32,000 bases of DNA from Haloferax volcanii DS2 (GTDB taxonomy: Archaea > Halobacteriota > Halobacteria > Halobacteriales > Haloferacaceae), in assembly GCF_000025685.1 (NCBI RefSeq), contig NC_013967.1, positions 2,550,001 through 2,582,000 on the forward strand. The letters are read 5' to 3'. The position numbers and the translations under genes were made by a program. The stretch's first letter is position 1; each line of letters opens with the position of its first letter. Positions 7,868 to 15,742 of the stretch are shown one piece after another. The notes beneath the pieces were generated by a model. It worked only from the letters and a program-made list of their open reading frames with translations. It did not search any database and had not been told where the DNA came from.

Positions 7868-9328
7868 ATGGAAACGCGCGAGTTCGGCGACATCGAACTG
7901 CGACGGGTTCGCGAGCACGTCTGGGAGATTCCGCGGGAGGGCGAGATGAACGCCCCCGCGCGGGTGCTGGCCTCCGAGGCGCTGCTCGACCACATCGGCG
8001 ACGACAAGACGCTCGAACAGCTGCGGAACGCGACGCACCTGCCAGGTATCACCAAACACGCCATCTGCATGCCCGACGGCCACCAGGGCTACGGGTTCCC
8101 GGTCGGCGGCGTCGGCGCGACCGACACCGCGGACGGCTGTCTCTCCCCCGGCGCGGTCGGCTACGACATCAACTGCGGCGTCCGGATGATGACGACGAAC
8201 CTCACCTACGAGGACCTTCAGGGCCACGAGGAGGAACTCGTCGACGCCCTGTTCGAGGCCGTCCCCTCGGGACTCGGCGGCGGCGGCGTCGTCAAGGGCG
8301 ACGCCGAGACCATCGAGGACATCCTCGCCCGCGGGATGCGCTGGGCGGTCGACGCCGGTTACGCCACGGACGACGACCTCGCCCACTGCGAGGACGAAGG
8401 CTTCCGCGACGACGCCCGTCCCGAGTTCGTCTCCCAGAAGGCGAAAGACCGCGGCCGCAACCAAATCGGCAGTCTCGGCTCCGGAAACCACTTCCTCGAA
8501 GTCCAGCGCGTCACGGACGTCTACCGCGACGACGTGGCCGAGTCGTTCGGCCTCGAAGCGGACCAAATCGTCGTCCTCATCCACTGTGGCTCCCGCGGAC
8601 TCGGCCACCAGACCTGCACCGACTACCTCCGGCGCATCGAGCAAGAACACGCCGACCTGCTCGACGACCTGCCGGACAAGGAGCTCGCGGCCGCGCCCGC
8701 CGGCTCCGAACTCGCAGAGGAGTACTACGGCGCGATGTGCGCCGCCATCAACTTCGCCTGGGTGAACCGACAGCTCATCATGCACCGCACGCGCGAGGTG
8801 TTCGCGGACGTGTTCGACCGCGACTGGCGCGACATGGAGATGCGCCTGTTGTACGACGTGGCGCACAACATCGCCAAGAAGGAGGTCCACATGGTAGACG
8901 GCGAAGAGCGCGAACTCTACGTCCACCGGAAGGGCGCGACGCGGGCGTTCCCCGCGGGCCGGCCCGAACTCCCGCCCGCCTACGCCGACGTGGGCCAGCC
9001 GGTCATCATCCCCGGGAGCATGGGCGCGGGGAGCTACGTCCTCCGCGGCGGCGACCAGTCGCTCGACCTCACCTTCGGCTCGACCGCCCACGGCGCGGGC
9101 CGGCTCATGAGCCGAACGAAGGCGAAACAGGAGTACTGGGGCGAGACGGTGCAGGACGAGCTCCGCGAGCAGGAGAAGATATACGTGAAAGCCCAGTCGG
9201 GCGCGACGGTCGCAGAAGAAGCGCCGGGCGTCTACAAGGACGTCGACGAGGTCGTCCGCGTCTCCGACGAGTTGGGCATCGGCGACAAGGTCGCGCGGAC
9301 GTTCCCCGTCTGCAACATCAAGGGCTGA
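7868..9328 (+). CDS. rtcB: RNA 3'-phosphate/tRNA-splicing ligase RtcB
   Basis: RtcB signature segments are present: MPDGHQGYGFPVGGV, GYDINCGVR, GSGNHFLEVQ, HCGSRGLGHQ, HNIAKKE and the C-terminal PVCNIKG. Start ATG 7868 (METREFGDIEL…) gives about 486 aa, so there is no intein. Confidence 0.95.
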   Translation: METREFGDIELRRVREHVWEIPREGEMNAPARVLASEALLDHIGDDKTLEQLRNATHLPGITKHAICMPDGHQGYGFPVGGVGATDTADGCLSPGAVGYDINCGVRMMTTNLTYEDLQGHEEELVDALFEAVPSGLGGGGVVKGDAETIEDILARGMRWAVDAGYATDDDLAHCEDEGFRDDARPEFVSQKAKDRGRNQIGSLGSGNHFLEVQRVTDVYRDDVAESFGLEADQIVVLIHCGSRGLGHQTCTDYLRRIEQEHADLLDDLPDKELAAAPAGSELAEEYYGAMCAAINFAWVNRQLIMHRTREVFADVFDRDWRDMEMRLLYDVAHNIAKKEVHMVDGEERELYVHRKGATRAFPAGRPELPPAYADVGQPVIIPGSMGAGSYVLRGGDQSLDLTFGSTAHGAGRLMSRTKAKQEYWGETVQDELREQEKIYVKAQSGATVAEEAPGVYKDVDEVVRVSDELGIGDKVARTFPVCNIKG

Positions 9329-9355
9329 GTCCCCGACCCGACCGCGTTTCGCGGC

Positions 9356-9703
9356 TCAGGCGACGGTCGTCCCGACCGCGCGGCGCTTGTAGAAGTAGTA
9401 CGCGAGCGCCGCGAGACCGACGAACACCGCGGTCACGCCGTCACCGACCGCACCGCCCGAGAGGAGCGCCGAGACGACGCTCCCGAGACCGATGGCGAGG
9501 ACGAGCAGGCCGCCGCCGAGAATCCACGCCCGCGAGTCGCGGTCGCCCTCGTCGTAGTGGCCGCGCTCGATGAGCGCCATCTCTTTTCTGTGTTCGAGGT
9601 AGACAACCGCGCCGGCGAACGCGAAGATGACGACGGCGAGGGCGACGAACGGCGCGAAGAACAGCGCGTCGCCGAGACCGAACGAGGACTGAACGGGAAC
9701 CAT
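9356..9703 (-). CDS. small membrane protein (3 TM), unknown function
   Basis: Three hydrophobic helices are separated by a charged loop (EHRKEMALIERGHYDEGDRDSR). GC3 is coding-like, and a TATA-like 'gtattcaatag' lies about 30 nt upstream. Confidence 0.6.
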   Translation of the reverse strand: MVPVQSSFGLGDALFFAPFVALAVVIFAFAGAVVYLEHRKEMALIERGHYDEGDRDSRAWILGGGLLVLAIGLGSVVSALLSGGAVGDGVTAVFVGLAALAYYFYKRRAVGTTVA

Positions 9704-9808
9704 GGTGGATAGTCGGCGCGTGAGCTATTGAATACGAGCTGATGCGTGCTCGCACGAGGTGAGCGGTGTCGTCGTTGCGCCAACGAGCGTGCGAGTCGCG
9801 GACGAGGC

Positions 9809-10249
9809 TCAGAACCCGCCGGGACCGCGCGGCCCCGCGTCCGGTCCTCGCGGGCCGGGCGGCCCCGAGGGGGCGCGTCCGCCGATGACGACGTAGTCGC
9901 TCTCGGGCACCGCCTCGACCTCGCGGCCGTCCTCGTATCTGACGAACGAAAGGTAGAACTCGCGGCCGCAGGGCGACGCCAATCCGGGCTGTTCGACGTC
10001 GTCGGCGTCGACCGCGTCGCCGGTCCACGACAGGGGTGAGTCGCCCTCACTCGCACCCGCGTTCTCATCCGCGCCCTCGCCGCAGACGAACCGGACGCCC
10101 TCGGCGTCTTCGAAGTCGTCTGACGGGTCGGCGTACGCCCATCCTTCGAGCGGGTACGGCGTCACCGACTTGTCGGCCAGATAGCCGTCGCGTTCGAGTT
10201 CGACGACCGCGCCGCAGTGCGGACAGTAGTACGAGACGGGGAATCCCAT
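9809..10249 (-). CDS. small zinc-ribbon (CPxCG-type) protein with Gly/Pro-rich C-terminal tail
   Basis: The N-terminal 'YYCPHCGAVVELE', together with later Cys residues (FVCGEG, SPCGREF), suggests a 4-Cys zinc site. The central region is very acidic, and the tail is GGRAPSGPPGPRGPDAGPRGPGGF. Confidence 0.6.
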   Translation of the reverse strand: MGFPVSYYCPHCGAVVELERDGYLADKSVTPYPLEGWAYADPSDDFEDAEGVRFVCGEGADENAGASEGDSPLSWTGDAVDADDVEQPGLASPCGREFYLSFVRYEDGREVEAVPESDYVVIGGRAPSGPPGPRGPDAGPRGPGGF

Positions 10250-10458
10250 GGGTGAGCGTAGGACTCTGCGGGCTTAACGGCCGCGCCGGTGCGGAGATTT
10301 ATCACGTATTCCGCGGCCAGCGCCCCCGTGCGTTGAGCATCGCCGCCGGGCGCAACGCGGGAGTGCGGCACGCCGCCCGGCGGAGCGACCGTGCCGCCTG
10401 TTTGCTCCCGTCGTATCTTCTGCTCTGTCCAGACCAGTCCAGTTCCTTCGACCCTCGC

Positions 10459-11013
10459 TCAAACGCCGGTGGGACCGCCGTCGACGTATCTGAAGGCGAC
10501 GCCGGCGCGGTCGGCCGTCACCTCGTCGCGGGCCGAGTCGCCGACGAACACGGCCGAGTCGGGGTCGACCGCCATGCGTTCGAGCGTCGTGAGCAACGGC
10601 TCCGGGTCGGGCTTGCGCGTCGCCACGCTGTCGCGGCCGACGACGGCGTCGACGTGGTCCGAAAGGTCGTGCACGTCGAGCGCGACCCGGCAGGCGTCCT
10701 CGGCGTTGAGCGAGCAGACGCCGGAGGGGACGCCGTCATCGGCGAGGTGGTCCGCGAGGGGAAGGCGGTCGGAGAGCCACGCGCCCTCCCGTTCGTGGGC
10801 CGCGAGCTCTCGCTCTAGGTCGTCGCGGACGCCGGCGTCGTCGGCCGCGTCGAGCATCTTCCAGAGGTCCAGCGAGTCGGCATCGACGCCGGCGTTCCGT
10901 AGGACGGCCGCGGCGTCGCTGGCGGCGTCGTTCCAGTCGACGCGGAGGTCGACGAGCGTCCCGTCGAGGTCGTAGACGACCGCGTCGAACGCCGAGAGGT
11001 CGGGGAGCGTCAT
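10459..11013 (-). CDS. HAD-superfamily hydrolase (phosphatase)
   Basis: Motif I is 'VVYDLDGTLVDL', followed by a cap region, 'SLNAEDA' (motif II-like), 'RKPDPEPL' (motif III Lys) and 'VFVGDSARD' (motif IV). Confidence 0.85.
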   Translation of the reverse strand: MTLPDLSAFDAVVYDLDGTLVDLRVDWNDAASDAAAVLRNAGVDADSLDLWKMLDAADDAGVRDDLERELAAHEREGAWLSDRLPLADHLADDGVPSGVCSLNAEDACRVALDVHDLSDHVDAVVGRDSVATRKPDPEPLLTTLERMAVDPDSAVFVGDSARDEVTADRAGVAFRYVDGGPTGV

Positions 11014-11501
11014 TGCCCGCAGTAGGGCACCGCGGGGAAAAGACGCTTCGGGCGAAGGCCTATACGGGACCCCGGCGTCGCTTCCCGCATGGCATCCGCG
11101 CTCCGCGACCGCCTCGCGCCGACCTCCCGTCGCTCGTCGTCGCGGCCGGCGTCTTCCTCCCGTGGATACAGGTCGACCCGGCCCACGAGGGGCCGGTCAT
11201 AGACGTCTACTACGGCGGCATGGGAAACGGGCTGGAACTCGTCCACGGTATCGTCCTCCTCCCGACCGTCGTTTTGCTCTCCGTGGCCGCGCTCGCCGGA
11301 CGGCGCTCCCGACGCGCGGAACTCGTCGTCGGCGTCGTCGGGGCCGTCGCAGTCCTGCGGTTCACCCAGCTGTGGGACGAGACGTTCGTCTCGGCGGCCG
11401 GCGCGTGGGTGATGCTCGTCGGCTGTCTCCTCCTCGCGGGCGTCGCCGCCGTCGACGTGGTCCGCGAGCGAAGGCTGCCGACGCTCGCCCGGAGTCCGTG
11501 A
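11013..11501 (+). CDS. small membrane protein; 5' end unresolved (possible frame disruption, see findings)
   Basis: From about 11121 the frame-3 ORF has strong GC3 bias and three or more hydrophobic segments (LPSLVVAAGVFLPW, IVLLPTVVLLSVAAL, AWVMLVGCLLLAGVAAV). Its only in-frame starts are TTG 11013, which gives a very basic and atypical 36-aa leader, or ATG 11219. Confidence 0.45.
   Translation: MPAVGHRGEKTLRAKAYTGPRRRFPHGIRAPRPPRADLPSLVVAAGVFLPWIQVDPAHEGPVIDVYYGGMGNGLELVHGIVLLPTVVLLSVAALAGRRSRRAELVVGVVGAVAVLRFTQLWDETFVSAAGAWVMLVGCLLLAGVAAVDVVRERRLPTLARSP
11059..11065 (+). promoter_or_regulatory. TATA-like box upstream of ATG 11089
   Basis: 'CCTATAC' is centred about 27 nt upstream of ATG 11089, the spacing expected for a leaderless haloarchaeal transcript. 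Confidence 0.35.
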
Positions 11502-11539
11502 GCGACTCGACCGGCTGAAAAAGAGGTCTGCTCGCCCAC

Positions 11540-12685
11540 TCAGTCGAGGAGCGACCGCGCGATAATCTCTTTTTGAATCTCGCTGGTCCCCTCGTAGATG
11601 GTCGTAATCTTCGAGTCGCGGTAGTACCGCTCCACGTCGAAGTCGGTGGTGTAGCCGTAGCCGCCGTGGACCTGCACGGCCTCGTTGGTCACGTCGACCG
11701 CGGCCTCGCTGGCGAAGTACTTCGCGATGGACGCCGCGGTCCGCGGGTCGTCGCCGGCGTCGGCGACGCGGGCGGCCTCGCGGACGAGCATCCGCGAAGC
11801 GTGGACCTGCGTGCCCATGTCCGCGATTTTGTGGCGAACCGCCTGAATCTTCGAGATGGGCTTGTCGAACTGCTCGCGCTCGTTCGCGTAGTCGATGGCG
11901 TCGTCGAGCGCGGCCTGCGCGAGCCCCACGGCCTGCGAGGCGATGCCGATGCGACCGCCGGTCAGAATGCGGAAGGCCGCAGAGAGGCCCTTGCCCTCCT
12001 CAGTGAGTCGGTTTTCCGCAGGAATGCGCACGTCGTCGAAGAGCAGCGCCGTCGTGTCGGACGCGCGGAGGCCGAGCTTCTCCTCTTTCTTGCCGACCTC
12101 GTAGCCGGCCGACTCCGGAACGAGGAACTGCGTGACCGACGAGGGGTCGTCGGGGTCGGTCTTGGCGAAGAGGATGCAGACGCCGCCGCGCTGGCCGTTC
12201 GTTATCCACTGCTTTTTGCCGTTGATGACGTACTCGTCACCCTCGCGCCGGGCGACCGTCGACATCTCCGCGGGGTTCGACCCGGCGTCCGGCTCGGAGA
12301 GGCCGAACATGCCGACCGGTCGGCCGCGGACCATCTCGGGGAGCCACGTTTCCTTCTGTTGGTCGGTAGCGAACTCGGCGATGCACTCGGTGGCGAGACA
12401 GTGCACGGAGAGCGCGGTGGCGACGGCGAGTTGGCCGTAGGCGACCTCCTCGTTGACGACGGCGTAGGTGGCTCGGTCGGCACCGAACCCGCCGTACTCC
12501 TCGGGGACGGTCAGGCCGGTCAGGTCGAGGTCAGCGAGGCCGTCCCACACGTCCTCCGGGAACGCCTCCGTCTCGTCGGCCTCGCGCGCAGTCGGGCGAA
12601 TCTCCTCGACGGCGAACTCGTGGACCACGTCGCGGATGGCCCGTTGCTCGTCGGTCAGACCCGTGGCAGACCCTACGGTTTCCAT
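11540..12685 (-). CDS. acyl-CoA dehydrogenase
   Basis: This 381-aa protein has the typical ACAD layout (…GLSEPDAGSN…, QWITNG, …YEGTSEIQKEIIARSLL at the C-terminus). Confidence 0.93.
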   Translation of the reverse strand: METVGSATGLTDEQRAIRDVVHEFAVEEIRPTAREADETEAFPEDVWDGLADLDLTGLTVPEEYGGFGADRATYAVVNEEVAYGQLAVATALSVHCLATECIAEFATDQQKETWLPEMVRGRPVGMFGLSEPDAGSNPAEMSTVARREGDEYVINGKKQWITNGQRGGVCILFAKTDPDDPSSVTQFLVPESAGYEVGKKEEKLGLRASDTTALLFDDVRIPAENRLTEEGKGLSAAFRILTGGRIGIASQAVGLAQAALDDAIDYANEREQFDKPISKIQAVRHKIADMGTQVHASRMLVREAARVADAGDDPRTAASIAKYFASEAAVDVTNEAVQVHGGYGYTTDFDVERYYRDSKITTIYEGTSEIQKEIIARSLLD

Positions 12686-12784
12686 GGTGATGAGTACGGA
12701 CCATCATTGAAAAAGATGATTGGACTGGCGGTCGTCCGTCGGGCGTCAGCACGCCACAGTCTCGGTCGCTGTGCGGGACTCCAC

Positions 12785-13981
12785 TCAGTCGCGTAGGTAC
12801 GCGAGAACCTCGTCGGCCGGCGCTCCGAGACCGCCGCCCTGCGCGAACGTCGGCCCGCCGCCGCCACCGCCGCCGAACTCGTCTGTCACCTCGGCGACGA
12901 CCTTCCCGGCGGCCGCGTCGCCGGCGCTGGCGACGACGACGAACGGCGCGTCCGACTCGCCGACGGCGACGAACACGTCTACGGCCGCTCCGTCGCGGGC
13001 CTCTTTGGCGGCCTCCCCGACCTCGTTCGCGTCGAAGCCCGAGACTGCACCGACGTTCCACGTCAGCCCGTCGCGTTCGACCGTCTCGAAGTCCGCGAGT
13101 CGGGAGCGCAGTACCTCGGACTTGAGGTCCGCGAGTTCGGACTCCAGTTCTTCGCGCGCGGCCGCGGCTGCGGCGGCTGACTCTCCGAGGCCGTCGAGGT
13201 TCGTCCCGAGCGCTCGGGCGGCCTCGTAGGCGGACCCGCGGACCGCGGCGCGGCGGTCGACGGCCGACGACCCGACCGCGAACTCGACGCGGGTGAGACC
13301 CTCGCCGGGGTTCGACCGGCCGAGCACCTCGACCGGCCCGATTTCGACGGTGTTCGAGACGTGCGTGCCGCCGCAGGCCGCCCAGTCCCAGCCGTCGATG
13401 GAGACGACTCGGACGGTTTCGGACTCGGAGAAGACGCCTTCCTCGGTCTTGACGTTGAACGCGATTTCCTCGCGGTCGCGGGCCTCCGCGACGGATATCT
13501 CCTCCCACGACACCTCGCGGCTGTCCCACACCGCCCGGTTGACGAGGCGCTCCAGTTCGACGAGCGCGTCGTCGTCGACCTCGGTCGAGGTCTCGAAGTC
13601 GACGCGGACCTTCTCCGCGGAGATGTCGAAGCCGCCGTAGCCGAGGTCGTCGAAGATGCGGCGACCCGCGCCGTAGAGGACGTGACTGGCGGTGTGCGCC
13701 CGCATGCAGTACGTCCGGAAGTCGTCGTCGACGACGCCCGTCGCCTCGTCGCCAGCGGCGAAACCGGGGTCGGCCGCGAGGTCGTGGACGACCGCGCCGT
13801 CGGCGTTCGTGCGGACGTGTTCGACGTCGACGCCGCCGAGAACGCCCCGGTCGGCGGGCTGGCCGCCGCCTTCTAGATAGAAGTACGTCTCGTCGAGAAC
13901 GACCGACCGACCGTCGACGCGCGTCACCGTCGCGTCGAACGCCCGGACCGTCGGGGAGTCGGGTGCGAGTGAGTCGGACAT
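12785..13981 (-). CDS. alaX: alanyl-tRNA editing protein AlaX-L type (AlaRS editing domain + DHHA1-like C-terminus)
   Basis: Zinc motifs 'HTASH' (MRAHTASHVL) and 'CGGTH' (ACGGTHVSNT) belong to the AlaRS second additional domain. The C-terminal Gly-rich segment 'FGGGGGGGPTFAQGGG' is typical of the DHHA1 module. Confidence 0.87.
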   Translation of the reverse strand: MSDSLAPDSPTVRAFDATVTRVDGRSVVLDETYFYLEGGGQPADRGVLGGVDVEHVRTNADGAVVHDLAADPGFAAGDEATGVVDDDFRTYCMRAHTASHVLYGAGRRIFDDLGYGGFDISAEKVRVDFETSTEVDDDALVELERLVNRAVWDSREVSWEEISVAEARDREEIAFNVKTEEGVFSESETVRVVSIDGWDWAACGGTHVSNTVEIGPVEVLGRSNPGEGLTRVEFAVGSSAVDRRAAVRGSAYEAARALGTNLDGLGESAAAAAAAREELESELADLKSEVLRSRLADFETVERDGLTWNVGAVSGFDANEVGEAAKEARDGAAVDVFVAVGESDAPFVVVASAGDAAAGKVVAEVTDEFGGGGGGGPTFAQGGGLGAPADEVLAYLRD

Positions 13982-14016
13982 ATGCGCGTCGAGACGCCCG
14001 ACCGAGAAAAATCGTG

Positions 14017-14538
14017 CTACTCGTCGACGAGAGTCACGTCGAGGCGCTCTTCGAGGGCGCGGATGGCCGACCCCCCGACGTTCGCCCGCGTGGCGCGGCC
14101 CTGCTCGATGGCGAGCAGTTGCTTCTCGTCGAGGTCGAGTTCGTCCGCGAGTTCAGCGAGCTGGAGCCCGGCGTCCTGCCGGGCGGACTCGACGACGCCG
14201 CCGTAGCCGGAGACGAGGTAGGGAAGCCGGTCTTTCTCGTAGTTCGTCCCTTTTTCCTCCCAGTGTTTGGAGTCGCCTTTCGCGCTGTCGTACAGCTTGG
14301 CGGTGCGCTGGGCGGCGCGCTTCTTGCGGTTCCCCGAAGAACCGTCGCGAGAGGCGTCGCTCGACCCGCTTTTTCGGTCCGCGTGGCGGTTCTCGCCGTG
14401 CGGCGCGCAGTCCGGACAGACCAACAGGTCCGCGCCGGCCACGTTCGCACGCCGGAGCTTCGCGGTGCTTCGGCCGCAGAGTTCGCAACTGTCGCCGTCG
14501 CCGCCGCCACCGCCCCGGTTCGTCGAGTACTTGGCCAT
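14017..14538 (-). CDS. mbf1: archaeal multiprotein bridging factor 1 (aMBF1): zinc ribbon + HTH
   Basis: The N-terminal zinc ribbon is 'CELCG…VCPDC'. A basic linker leads to a C-terminal XRE/Cro-type HTH (ARQDAGLQLAELADELDLDEKQLLAIEQG). Confidence 0.87.
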   Translation of the reverse strand: MAKYSTNRGGGGGDGDSCELCGRSTAKLRRANVAGADLLVCPDCAPHGENRHADRKSGSSDASRDGSSGNRKKRAAQRTAKLYDSAKGDSKHWEEKGTNYEKDRLPYLVSGYGGVVESARQDAGLQLAELADELDLDEKQLLAIEQGRATRANVGGSAIRALEERLDVTLVDE

Positions 14539-14559
14539 GCCGCGTGTTACTCGTTCGAC

Positions 14560-14570
14560 CCTTTTAAACT
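14560..14570 (-). promoter_or_regulatory. TATA-like box for mbf1
   Basis: The minus strand reads 'gTTTAAAAggg', centred about 27 nt upstream of ATG 14538. Confidence 0.5.
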
Positions 14571-14635
14571 CGCGCCACGGGGATGCGGCCGAGACCGAGG
14601 TCGACGGTTACACGGCCACTGGCCGGTAAACACCG

Positions 14636-14641
14636 AAAAAA
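14636..14641 (-). terminator. oligo-T (T6) tract, candidate terminator of the tRNA-Leu transcription unit
   Basis: The minus strand reads 'ccggTTTTTTcgg', 133 nt downstream of the tRNA 3' end. Archaeal RNA polymerase terminates at oligo-T tracts. Confidence 0.45.
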
Positions 14642-14773
14642 CCGGAGAAGGATGCCTCTCAGGGGTGTAGTTTCGTGGAAGGATTGTGCGTGGGTGATGT
14701 CCGTGTAGGGACGTCACCTGCATCATTCGGCGGCTACGCCGCCTCATTGCGGACTGTGAGTCCGCACATGCGA

Positions 14774-14858
14774 TGCGTGGGACCGGATTTGAACCGGCGG
14801 ACCTCTACAGGACAGCGCCCTCAACGCTGCGCCGTTGGCCTGGCTTGGCTACCCACGC
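14774..14858 (-). tRNA. tRNA-Leu (anticodon GAG)
   Basis: The minus strand reads GCGUGGG-UA-GCC-AAGCCAGGCCAAC-GGC-G-CAGCG-UUGAGGG-CGCUG-UCCUGUAGAGGUCCGC-CGGUUCAAAUCCGG-U-CCCACGC-A. It has a 7-bp acceptor stem, anticodon loop UU-GAG-GG, a long variable arm (class II tRNA), a GUUCAAAUC T-loop, no intron and no encoded CCA. Confidence 0.93.
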
Positions 14859-14894
14859 TCGCTGTGTCTTGCTGCACTCTCCGTTACCCCGCGG

Positions 14895-14905
14895 TAATTT
14901 AAATG
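14895..14905. promoter_or_regulatory. near-palindromic TATA element (TAATTTAAATG) upstream of tRNA-Leu
   Basis: The AT-only core AATTTAAAT lies about 40 nt upstream of the tRNA 5' end on the minus strand, consistent with a short 5' leader. It could also fire toward the DUF420 gene on the plus strand. Confidence 0.5.
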
Positions 14906-15001
14906 ACTTTCCTTTCGCCTCGGCAATGTCGGGCGTTTGCAGGCGTCGTACCGCGGTCGGGCGACCGAACGATTTTGGCCTCGCGGCCCCGGAGTACGCC
15001 C

Positions 15002-15562
15002 ATGGAGTTCCGAGCACGCGACCACGTCCGCGGACTGACCGCTCTCCTCTCGGTGCTGTCGCTCGCGCTCGTCTTCGGCGCGGCGCTCGGCGCGATTCCC
15101 CGCGCCGCGATTCCGACCGCGCCGGCGGCCGCGCTGAACGCGATTCCACACGTCAACGCGGTCATCAGCACCGTCGCCATCGTCACCATCCTCGCCGGCG
15201 TCCGGTTCGTCCGCCGCGGCGACATCGAGCGCCACCGGCGCATGATGCTCGCCTCGTTCCTCCTGTTTGCGACGTTCCTCGTCCTCTATCTCTACAAGGT
15301 CGTCGTTCAGGGGACCGCCGAGTTCCCCGGCCCCGACGCGGTCTATCAGTTCGTCTACCTCCCGACGCTGGCGATTCACATCCTTCTGGCTATCGTCTGC
15401 GTCCCCGTCGTCTACTACGTCCTGCTGTTGGCACTGACGCGACCGATAACCGAAGTCTTCGGAACCGAACACGCTCGGTTCGGCCGCGTCGCGGCCTCGC
15501 TGTGGCTCGTCTCGTTCGTCCTCGGAAACGTCGTCTACGTCCTCCTCTACGTCATCTACTGA
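15002..15562 (+). CDS. DUF420-family integral membrane protein
   Basis: MEFRARDHVRGLTALLSVLSLALVFG… has 4-5 TM helices and the motif 'RRGDIERHRRMMLASF', typical of DUF420. I chose ATG 15002 over the longer ORF 14903, whose extension overlaps the promoter region and is basic. Confidence 0.78.
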   Translation: MEFRARDHVRGLTALLSVLSLALVFGAALGAIPRAAIPTAPAAALNAIPHVNAVISTVAIVTILAGVRFVRRGDIERHRRMMLASFLLFATFLVLYLYKVVVQGTAEFPGPDAVYQFVYLPTLAIHILLAIVCVPVVYYVLLLALTRPITEVFGTEHARFGRVAASLWLVSFVLGNVVYVLLYVIY

Positions 15563-15742
15563 GGAGGGACGGCGAGCGCCGTCGCTCGGGCGTTCAAAGG
15601 GAGTTCCCGTCCGACGCCCGCGGCGGAGCGCGCGGCCCGGGGGCCGCTGGTTCGGACGGGCGGTAGTACGTGGTGCGACCGGCAGGTCACAGAGACGGGG
15701 CGTGCGAGCCCTCCCGCGGCGTCCGCCCCGTCGATTCGCACT

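Noticed and set aside
7858-9573. Same-strand alternative-frame ORFs with extreme Arg/Pro/Gly content (7858..9573, 15832..17463, 12531..13529, 25644..26927, 27353..28234).
   Set aside because: These are off-frame readings of real genes. Their composition (more than 25% Arg by eye) is incompatible with the acidic haloarchaeal proteome.
12851-12875. GCC/GCG-rich low-complexity DNA (ccgccgccgccaccgccgcc) that could be a microsatellite.
   Set aside because: It encodes the conserved poly-Gly segment (GGGGGGG) of the AlaX C-terminal DHHA1-like domain on the minus strand.
14685-14697. An 8-nt copy (plus strand tgcgtggg, 14687-14694) of the tRNA-Leu 3' acceptor end (14774-14781) about 80 nt downstream, reminiscent of an att duplication from an integrated element.
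   Set aside because: The repeat is only 8 nt, the copies are about 80 nt apart, and there is no integrase or foreign DNA between or near them. A chance match is likely.
14659-14726. Possible C/D-box sRNA in the tRNA-Leu trailer (minus strand AUGAUGC … CUGA, about 58 nt apart).
   Set aside because: The C box ends in C rather than A, I could not find internal D'/C' boxes, and the terminal stem is only about 3 bp. The structured trailer is kept as a finding but not called a C/D sRNA.
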